This document shows positions 53,845 to 64,000 of a stretch of 64,000 nucleotides of DNA, one piece after another. This DNA is from the human T2T-CHM13v2.0 reference genome, Homo sapiens. The DNA lies in NCBI RefSeq assembly GCF_009914755.1, contig NC_060926.1. One strand, given 5' to 3'. Numbering within the stretch: position 1 is the first letter of the stretch; each line of letters begins with the position of its first letter. A program made the translations under genes and the position numbers. A model generated the notes under the pieces. The model did no database searches. It saw only the letters and a program-made list of their open reading frames with translations, and was not told where the DNA came from.

Positions 53845-54857
53845 TATCAGGGGAACCAGCCCCCAATATTTCAACGTAGGTTCTTTCTATTTTCCCTAAG
53901 TGTCGGCCAGTCTGAGAAATAAAAAGAAAGAGTACAAAGAGAGAAATTTTACAGCTGGGCCTCCGGGGGTGTCATCACATATTGGTAGGACCATGATGGT
54001 GACCCCGAGCTGCAAAACCAGCAAGTTTTTATTAGGGATTTTAAAAGGGGAGGGGGTGTATGAACAGCGAGTAAGTCACAAAGATCACGTGCTCCAAAGG
54101 GCAATAAAGATCACGAGGCAAGGCAAAATTAGAATTACTGATGAGGGTCTATGTCCCGCTGTGCATGCATTGTCTTGATAAACATCTTAACAGGAAACAG
54201 GGTTCAAGAGCAGACAACCAGTCTGACTACAATTTACCAGGCTGGAATTTCCCAATCCTGGTAAGCCTGAGGGTACTGCAGGAGACCAGGGCGTATTTCA
54301 GTACTTATCTCAACTGCATAAGACAGACACTCCCAGAGCAGCCGTCTATAGACCTAACCCCAGGAATGCATTCCTTCCCCAGGGTCTCAATTATTAATAT
54401 TCCTTGCTGGGAAAAGAATTCAGTGATATTTCTCCTACTTGCATGTCCGTTTATAGGTTCCCTGCAAGAAGAAAAATATGGCTCTATTCTGCTCGACCCC
54501 GCAGGCAGTCAGACCTTATGGTTATCTTCCCTTGTTCCCTGAAAATCGCTGTTATCCTGTTCTTTTTCAGGGTGCACTGGTTTCATATTGTTCAAACACA
54601 TGTTTGACAATTAGATTTCATATTGTTCGAACACACATGTTCTACAATCAATTTGTGCAATAGTGGTCCTGAGGTGACACACATTCTCAGCTTACGAAGA
54701 TAACAGGATTAAGAGATTAAAGTAAAGACAGGCCTAAGAAATTATAAAAGTATTAATTTGGGGAACTGATAAATGTACATGAAATCTTCACAATTTATGT
54801 TCTTCTGCCTTGCCTCCAGCCGGTCCCTCCGTTCGGGGTCCCTGACTTCCCTCAACA
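53845..54857 (-). promoter_or_regulatory. MER11 LTR (MER11A/B-like), 1013 bp
   Basis: On - begins TGTTGAGGGAAGTCAGGGACCCCGAACGGAGGGACCGGCTGG...GAACATAAATTGTGAAGATTTCATG and ends GGTTCCCCTGATA; AATAAA at 54028-54033; internal tandem duplication ~54580-54650. Confidence 0.93.
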
Positions 54858-56039
54858 GAAAGCAAAACACAAGTCCTAAGTATAACAAAGTGGAACTTGG
54901 TAGCAAGATGATTTTTTAGACTCATTGGAAAATTTCGCCTGTTGAATCATGTAGGACAAAGTATATAGATTGACAATTATGTGAGAAATTCTTCAAAATA
55001 AAATATTATAGCTTACTTCAAATTTTTGATATCTATAGACTTCCTTGACACTTTACAACATGAAGGACAGATGGATTTTGCTTTCCACCTAGACCTAAAT
55101 TCAACATTTGTGCTTTCCATACTAGAGATCTCTATGTAACAATCATCTGTTTTTCCTATTCCCCCAGTTTATCTGCTTCAGTCTAGCTTTCCAACCAGAT
55201 CTTCTTCAGTGTTGTACTTCCTGAACCTTGTCTGCTTGGGGAGTGTTCTTTTTGACTAGGTATGTCCTCCCTGAAAATCAGTGCTCCCTTGACTGAAAGC
55301 AGAGATACATAGGACTGGAGCAAAATGGGTTTAGGCACTTGCATTTGGATAACTCAATTTAAGAGTCTTGCCTTGCTTGATTTGTAGTGTCAACGTTTAG
55401 GAGCCTTATACCTTTCATTTAAGTAGGGATTATTTCTCTTTGTTTGGAATTAATATACTGAATTCTGAATGAACAACCAAAGGTGGTGTAATTAAACGCA
55501 ATAAATCATAGTATTTGAGTTTGAAAAAAAAAAAGAAAATTCAAAAAGAACTTACATAATATAGTCAACCTATAACACTAAATTTATCCTCTAATATCTT
55601 TAACAGAAATATAAGAACTCACTCAAATTGAACATTTAAACATTGTATGTAGAGAAACATATAAGAATAAAGAACCCAATGATTTATTGAATATATAATT
55701 ACTGCAGTAATAAAATCATTGCAGTTTAAGAAGGGTTAGTCATAAAAGCTTACTGGTTATTTTTAGCAAACTAATATTTTAGATTTCTCATTTTCTAACC
55801 ACAATGAACATAATCAACTATGCTTCATATCCTTTTGCTTGTGTGTAGCCCGACAAGCTAACATTTGTTCACATTATAGGGAGAAATCCAGTGACTAAAA
55901 ACAGTCATCCAGAGCCTGACAAGATTCAGCACTCTTTATTTTTCCATATTGTAAGGACTCTTACTTTTATTTTTTTCCATTTTTTCCCAAATACAGTTTC
56001 TTTCTACTCCCCCATACACTCAAACAACCTCCCTTTCTG

Positions 56040-56490
56040 TTTTCAAAAGCAATCAATATTTTTACATATATAATTTGTCCATTTCAAGTAAGAAGTGTAC
56101 AACTCAATGATGTTGTAGTAAATTTACCAAGTTGTGCAACAATCAATATCAATCACTTTAAGCATATTCTTGACATGAACATAAACTGTTAATACACACA
56201 CAGACATATACACACACACATGCACACATCCCTGCCCCAGGCCAACTACTTCCTGTCTTCATAGATTTGCCTTTTCTGGACATGTCATATAAATGGGATC
56301 AATAATATGTGATTCATATTTTGAGTAACTTTCACTGAGCATGATAGTTATGAAGTTTATCCATTTTACAGCATGTTTTCATAAGTTTATTCCTTTTAAT
56401 TGCTAAATGGTATTCTTTTGTATGGTTTATGAATCATTCATTAGTTGATGGACATTAGATTTATTTTTGACTATTTTGACATATGTTTTC
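56040..56490 (-). mobile_element. Old L1M 3' end fragment
   Basis: AAGTGTACAACTCAATG...AAATTTACCAAGTTGTGCAAC...ATAGATTTGCCTTTTCTGGACATGTCATATAAATGGGATC...GTTGATGGACATT. Confidence 0.8.
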
Positions 56491-57919
56491 AAATATCTAT
56501 AATTGTAATTAACAAAAAGGAAAATAGAAAATAGTTTTTGAAATATAAAATTTTAGAAAAATAGATAGCAAAAAGTCACAGGATTTTTGCTGTAAAACTT
56601 AGAACAGGTATTTAAATATTATCTCTTACATGTTTTATGAATATATGGTATATACCTCTATTTTTACTTATAAAAATTGAAGAAATCCATTATTTATTAT
56701 ATCTAATATCCAGTGATTATTTTACCCCCAGGTTAACATTTACTCAAGTGCCATCCTTGTTTCTTACTTTTCTTTTTTTTCCCCAAAACCTATCTGCTCC
56801 ATATGGGCATGGCAAATATCTAAAAACTTTTTGTTCCTCTGTGTTAGAAATGACCAATAAATAAATAAAATTGTCAAATAAACATTTATTTATGCACTTA
56901 AATTCGTGCAACAAATAAAATCAGCTGATTTAATTTTTTTAAGGTTTAATTATATAAGAAATTCACAAATTGTATACACACAAATATATATGGACAGCTT
57001 TTTATGGTTTATTTTTAATCTCATAAGAGACTTCATTTACTCAGACATCCTAAAAACATTTATGGGTCCTGGACCTGCTCTAGGTGCTGGAGCTTATTTC
57101 TGCTTTAAGATTTCAATAGTTCATTGGCTTTATTTGTCCTCCTGCTGTTTGAGGAGATGGAATTCCTGTATTATAGAATAACTTGGTCTCCATCTGCAAA
57201 ATTCAAGCATCACAGTGAATGTGCACTGCAAATTACTATCAAAATATATAGCTTATTTCACAAGTAAATAACTATTTCCCAAGTACACTAAATTTAGAAA
57301 TTTATGCTATAACAAGAATTAAATTTGTTGTCTTCAGGAAATCTGCCTCTTCATCACACTGACTTCATTTATTTCTATAAGGCCAGAGCTTTTGTCAAAT
57401 GCTGTCACTACTAGAAATTGGTAGATTTTTTTGTAGAGACGTCACCACTGAGAGTAAGGCTCATTTCATGCCACGTTGTTTGGGAAAAAAAGCCAAACTT
57501 CCAAACTTTAATACATTTTACTTTGGGCTTACAAACATTGAGTGCTAATACTGACATAATATCGAGAAAAAAAAGACAATGCCAAAACTCAGAAAAGTAT
57601 CTACTTTTTTCACAAAGGAAAATGATATACTCATTATTAGCATCAGTGCAGCTGATAAGCCACTAATTCATTTTTTATTATTTGCTGAGATTTAAGAGTT
57701 GACGGGGACACATAGTTTCTTTCAGTCATGCTTGCTTATTATTAATGCCCAAGATCTTCCAATGATGGATGGAGCATGCAACAGTGCTGAGGTATCATTA
57801 TACAAAGTTATTTCTGAGACTATTTTGCTAAAGCATAATTGCTGAATCTACTAAAATTGAGTCTATCAAGGTGAATGAATGATCATCCCTGAATGCAATA
57901 GACATGTTTCTGGGAAGAG

Positions 57920-58120
57920 GAAAGCAGCAAGCCTTAGAGATTAAGAACAAACATTATGGAGACATGCTACTTGATTTGTTATTCATTAATCATTTGAGAG
58001 CCCGAGACAAGTTATTCAAATTTTTAGGCATCCATTTTTCACCTTTCAAAAAATAGGAATAATAATGGCATGGAGATTCTTTAAAGATCAAGTGAAAAAA
58101 TCTTATAAAGCTGAGTAGAC
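57920..58120 (+). mobile_element. MIR SINE
   Basis: GATTAAGAACAAACATTATGGAGAC...GACAAGTTATTCAA...AAAATAGGAATAATAATG. Confidence 0.55.
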
Positions 58121-58759
58121 CATATACATTTTTGTTCTAATCAGGATACTTTGTGAAAGGGAGCAATTAATAATTATGCTGCGATAACATATGTAAACCA
58201 AGATGTCCAAAGCTAGCCAGGCATGGGATTACTCTATGCAGAACACACCTGGCATAGTACTCACAACCTAGAGAGTGTTAATGTAAGAAAAGATTACCAT
58301 TATTTTAATTTGTGTATATCCAGCCAATTTTTGAAGGTTCATCACTTTCAAAAAATGTTATGAAGAATCCACAATTTCAATGAATCCAACTCATCCAGTT
58401 ATCTATACAATGTATGCTCTCTTTTGTTAGTGGTATACCTACCACCCCCATCCCCACTCTAACTTCCATCTTCTCTTTTCTTGAATTTCTTGAGTCTACT
58501 TTCTTCCTTTTCCTTCTGCTGCTTCTAAATTTGTCATGCACAGACACTGCTTCATTGACGTTGATTTATTAGTTTAAAAAGAGTGTTGATCTTTCTCTAA
58601 GAATTTGTTAAGGTACAATTTTCTCCCAGTTGAGTAAGTTTCCTCACATTGCAGTTTGGGAGCAAAAATTTCTTCCTTGGGTGTTAAGAATCTTTACTGA
58701 AGGTATCTAAGAGCAATTAAGATAAAAATTCAACCCAACCACTGTCCCAGGAAATTTTC

Positions 58760-58900
58760 TCTTAGGCATAGCTATCAAATAACCATTTATGCAAGTCATG
58801 TTTGTTGTGCCTACTGTACTACAAATACTAAGAGAGATACTGAAGATAGAGCAATGAAGAGAGATTTCTGCCCCTTGGAGCTTACTTCCTATAAACAAAT
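58760..58900 (-). mobile_element. L2 3' end fragment
   Basis: TTTGTTGTGCCTACTGT...GATACTGAAGATAGAGCAATGAA...CTGCCCCTTGGAGCTTAC. Confidence 0.6.
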
Positions 58901-59159
58901 TCAAATGATAACAAAATCATTTAGAGAATCGTAAAAAAGAGCTAGCCAATGATATAAGTCTGCTTCATTTCAAATGAAATGTGGCTTACATACATAGAAT
59001 TACATACATATCATATTACATATATATCACTACATATCACTATTCTGGGTAACTTACTCCTCTCTTCCATGCTTCGTTTCTACTCTTTAGATCTGACTGG
59101 AACTGAAATGTGAAGATATTCTGGGTTAATTGGTCTAGGATGTATTGTATCTGAAGAGT

Positions 59160-59530
59160 GTATATTAATAGGATAACCTACGTGTATGCTGAGGTAACAC
59201 ATAACCCTCTGAGTCTCAATGCCCTAACACATAAATACCTATGCTTTGCTCGTGGAAACTGTGCTACTGGTTGGGCAGATCTCTAGGATAGCTTTCATGT
59301 AGTGACTCAGTGATCCAGGATATTTCTGTCTTATGAAAATACCATCACTATTCTGGCCTTCACAATCATCATTCGAAAGGAAGGTAGGAGCTATAAGATT
59401 GGAAAATGGTTTTTTTTGGAAGCTTCAGTCCAGATTGATTTCACATCTCTTGTGCTTAGAACTCATCAGTAGTTTCCAGAGAGCGGGAATACATGGGGAA
59501 CCATCTAGATATTCAACCAACAGAAAATCT
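59160..59530 (-). mobile_element. Old MaLR LTR fragment (MLT1J/K-like)
   Basis: GTATGCTGAGGTAACACATAACCCTCTGAGTCTCAATGCCCTAACAC...GTAGTGACTCAGTGATCCAGG. Confidence 0.5.
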
Positions 59531-61669
59531 ATCATCCACGTGATTCTTCAAGTTTCTCAAATGACTTTGTAAATGATTTAGAAAATTATCACATAGATTG
59601 CTAACGGGAGACATACTACAGTTAAACTCAGTCTGGAACTTGGGCAAAAATTGAGATGAAGGGTGATAGTGAGAATTTCAAAAGATTTGCTTTATTCAAG
59701 ATTGAAGAAAGCAATTTGAGAAAATAAATTATTGAAGCCATGAGTTCAATAATATAAAGGGAAATATTATAATAGTCATTTTAAAGAATTCAGAAATAAG
59801 CTACATAAGGTTTTCAAATACTTTACTAATTTTCTAGGTCACTAAAGTAATTTCACGCTTCTGATGCATACTTCCTAATCAGACTGAAGCATTTCTTTTG
59901 TAACTCACTTTCTTAGACTCAAGTCCACTGAGAAATATCTTGACAGTGCTGAAAATACATATATTTTTATAAAGGACAATATTTATCTTGGTAGAAAAAC
60001 AAAATCTCCACATTGAAAAAATATCTTTGACATCTCTGATAGAGCCAAATATTGCATTCACTTCACTGATGCATGGTATTTGTGTCAGTGGAGGAGAGCC
60101 TTTTTCTACCAACATTTCTTGTTCTCTGACAATCTGAGAACATATAATTTAATTTGGCTTTATACAGCAGTCTACAGTCATTCAATGCAGAACCCTGAGT
60201 GTTTGGAATGATTTTAAAGCAAACCTTGAAAAAAGAAACACAGTAGATCTACGTATCTGTGTACGGGCTATGTGTGTGCAGAGGTACTGTTTGGAAGATA
60301 ATGACGAGAGGATGAATAAGACAAGAAATGGAGTTTTAACAACAAGCTCTCATGTCTAGATAAAAGAATTAGTTTTTTGGGGGAATAGGGAGAAAAACAA
60401 ATGCGAAAGGCAAATTAGGAATGCAACATTTCATTTAATGCTTCCAACAGCTCTATTATCCTAAATTTTGTTTTACATGAGAGTAAATATCTGGATTTGA
60501 AAGACAAAACTATATCTAATGATTTTTATCCTCAGCTTTTCATTGTTATAAAGATGACATCAGTACGAACATGTTTTCAATGAATCTGAACTGCACTTAG
60601 ACAAGAACATAGCATAATAAATTACCTCTTCCCAAACAAAGGATAAATAGTGTTGCACTTCTCATTTTAAGGCAATAACAAAGTATTAAGATAAGACATA
60701 TTAATTGTTATGCTTCACATTTAAAAACACATATCTAAAATTTGACTGCTCTGGAATACCACAAAGTTTGAATTTACAATGTAGATAGGTATTATTTACA
60801 CACATAGATGATTTTTATGCCATGAAATATATAAAACTGAAATAGTTCAGAAAATAAGAAATGGCTTTGGTGCAAATAAATTATCACAAATAAAGCAGCA
60901 TAAATGTTATTGTACAACCAGGGATTCAGAATGGCTAACTGGACTTTCGTAATTTGAAGTTTGACTGTAGTCCAATTTCCCTAGGTAGATGACATTAGCC
61001 AATCGCTTTTCTACCATCTGGTAAAAACAAACAAGTGAGATGATATTTAAGGTTACCGTCTTTTTGAGAAAGATAAGCAATGATTTAGACCACTGTGTGG
61101 TGACCTCCCATTGCAATGTGGGATCTTCAAGTGTAATAACTTATCATAAATCTGATTTAAATTAATGTCTGGAAATTATTCTGAATGTTATTTTGTAATT
61201 TTGCAGAAATTTATAATATCATTATTAGCAATTACTTCCTAGGTTGCCACTGCTATTGTTGTTTTAGAAGACATAGACATGAACAATGTTTACATGTTTA
61301 TATATAAATATTATTCTACCCAGTATGTATTACTTTATGAATGATTAAATATTAGAAAACTTCTTTTAACAACATTTATACTAACAGCTAGATATATTAA
61401 ACAATCAAGTTTCATAAATGGCAACCACACAAACATTTCCTGAGTAAAATTATTAAATTGAGTTCAATATGTACTGTTTAAATCTAATACTATATGTAAG
61501 TCAGATTATGACCTTAGTGCAACATCAAGTACATTAAGAATATTTGTATAGCATAAAATTAAAAATAATGAGTTCTAATGTTACATGATCCTACATTTTT
61601 GTCTTTTGTTATTCTTTTAATTATCTTACTTCAAGAAAACCTACATGTTGCAGAATTCACCAGATGTAA

Positions 61670-61820
61670 ACATATATATGTGTGTGTATAGATATACATA
61701 TTATACACATATATAATCATATATATACACACATAAATACTATATATACTATATATACACACACATATATATAATATATATACACAATAGATATACACAC
61801 ACACATACACATATATATAA
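61670..61820. repeat. (TA)n/(CA)n low-complexity repeat
   Basis: Mixed TATA/CACA dinucleotide tract. Confidence 0.9.
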
Positions 61821-62465
61821 TCTTTGAAATGATATATTTTGGACATGCACACACCATTTCTGCAATCTGCATATGTGTGGCTCAGAAAGTCTGATATTAG
61901 GCAATTGGATGTTAATATTCTAAAGCTCTGCTATTCACCATAAATTTTTTTCCTCATGGGACTGCCTGCTCACCAAGTTAAAAAATAAATTACAGAACAT
62001 CATGCAAATAAAAAGCTTCTCCCAAAAAATATGGGACAATAAACTGAAGGAGAGGCAAAACTAAGAAATTCCACAATATATAATGAGTGAGAAATAATGA
62101 AGCTTGAAAATACTATATGTGTTATTTTATCTCTGCAAGTGATTCAGCAGGCTCTGATTTCCTCAAGGCTTTTATTTATTTAGGACACGTCAAGTTTTAC
62201 ACATATCTCCTCCAAGAGTCAGAAAATGATGAGACTCTATAATAAAAATTACTGGCATGGCTCAATGTGTTAAGAACAAAGAAAAATGATTAGGATCAAT
62301 TCAAATATGCAAAAAAAAGTTTTATTTTTTTTCTAACACTGAATGCCTAAATTAATTTCCATAGTGGGAACCAATCATGAAAGGAAATAGATCAGTTGAC
62401 GCAAGAAAAATACATAAGCAAATGAACAAGCCAAAAAAAAGTTCCTTTGTGTTCAGCTTCAGTCT

Positions 62466-62468
<3 letters not shown>

Positions 62469-62499
<31 letters not shown>
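62469..62499. repeat. (AG)15 microsatellite
   Basis: Perfect AG repeat. Confidence 0.98.
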
Positions 62500-62502
<3 letters not shown>

Positions 62503-64000
62503 TTAATTCATAATTCAGTCTTTTAACTTGAGTTTGGCATGCTTTTTATATCTTTACACTAAAGTATATCAACTTTCCTATTGAACTCCATTTAATTAAA
62601 TAATATTTCTTCCTCTTTTCTGGCTTACAGCCTTAATTACGTAAAAACAGAGGAAACCCCAACTGAACTATGTAGAAAACTAAATGACAATGTTGCTATA
62701 TTTCCCCCATGTTTATGTATTCAACTGTATTTTTGTGGGACTATGCCTTTGCAAATAACAGTGATGTTAAGAACCTAAAATAGCAAAGATTCATAAAACC
62801 AATATATAATCTTGGCCTTAACTATCATTTTTAACACAGAGAGAAAGAAGGAAAAAAATCGCTTTTTTGAGTGACATTTTAATAAAAAGGAGGTTTTTTC
62901 TCTTTTAAAAATTCTTAATTTATATCATTTTATTTCTTTGCTTTTTAAATTTTGTTTTCACATCAGAAGTTAATATTTGTTATATTAATGCATATTGGAT
63001 GGCACTACAAATGATTTCCATGACATATACACTAGTATTCCATTTAAACTCAAAAGGCATAACTACACAAACATAAGGCTTCTCCCATTATCCTTGGCCT
63101 TGACAGTAAGTGACAGAATTCCTAGCTCATCTTCCTGGGACGTTGGGAGGATATAAGAAAATATCACACTTTACATGCCATTGCAAGGATGGTTAGACAG
63201 TGGAAATAAGGAAAATGCAGAAGTTGGTGAGCCAAGGAAATGTTTCCACTATGGGCTAATGTAGACAGCGTAAGAAGCTAAGGATCAGTAATGTGTGTTT
63301 GTGAGTGAAGTAGTGATCTACTCATTTTTCTAGTCATAGCCTTGGGGATGTCTAACTTCAAGGAAAATAAAGCCATAGAGATTAGAAAAGGAAAAAAATT
63401 TAATCATAGGAGGAATGGACAAGCTCAATTCTGAGTCCTATATCTGGAGCAACTGGGGCAAAAAAACAAAGAGATCCAAAAACATTAGGACGACGATGAA
63501 GAAAGGAGCAAAGAGACTGATAGAATGTGGAAGTGGCCTGGGGCTTATACAGAGCAACAAGAACAGGAACCAAGTTAAATACACACAGGACAATGTCAAA
63601 ACAGAATCAAAATGACATGACTTTCTCTAGGCTGTGACACTGAAGACACAGACAAAGCGGTATTTTAGCCCCCCTCCCGCCAAATTCAAGACAAAATTGG
63701 TTGTAAATTTTGGCACAGAGCAGCACGAGTTCAGAAGTTTTAAAGAAAACTTACTGTCAATGAGCCAATTTTTGTGCTAAATGAAAGTTTTCAACAAGGT
63801 AAGGTGGATGTCTCTTGGTATCAAAGTCACATCATCACACCAGATGATTCATGCTACTTCTGTAACTTCTTGTCAACCTTTGATTAAATTGGCAATATTG
63901 GAGTCATTCTCAATATTTCCAGTCCTTGAAGGGAATAATAATATTTTTGATTCAGTTTTGTATTCCTCTAGCCATCAGCATGATGTGCGTCGCGTGTTTT

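Larger units (their letters stand above)
51972..54857 (-). mobile_element. HERV-K11 (HML-8) provirus remnant: 5' LTR, leader and gag (MA to CA); NC, pro, pol, env and 3' LTR absent
   Basis: MER11 LTR, degenerate Lys-type PBS, betaretroviral MA motifs (IKLLLKQGG, CPWFPEKGTL, VWGDWALVRA) and capsid; viral similarity ends at ...PFFQGT. Confidence 0.92.

Noticed and set aside
53900-54663. Overlapping plus-strand ORFs of 61-133 aa
   Set aside because: They are antisense translations of the MER11 LTR.

Overview
AT-rich, repeat-dense primate genomic DNA, most likely human given the AluYa-lineage insertions. It reads as intergenic or deep-intronic sequence; I found no recognisable host protein-coding exon, RNA gene or CRISPR array. 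Two proviral remnants dominate. The first is a ~5.8 kb HERV-H provirus on + (27502-33283) with LTR7 (LTR7up-like) LTRs and a tRNA-His PBS. Both of its outer ends are clipped, it has no target-site duplication (TSD), and its 3' LTR lacks the poly(A) signal. The second is a HERV-K11/HML-8 remnant on - (~51972-54857): a MER11 LTR plus gag, cut just before nucleocapsid, which leaves a 284-codon ORF spanning the whole capsid domain. Also present are a MER9 (HML-3) solo LTR with a perfect 6-bp TSD, eleven Alus (two young Ya-lineage copies), an L1PA 3' fragment with a ~24-bp twin-priming inversion, old L1M/L2/MIR/MaLR/MER fossils and microsatellites. Family and subfamily names come from recalled consensus sequences, not from a database search. 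Boundaries of the old repeats are approximate.
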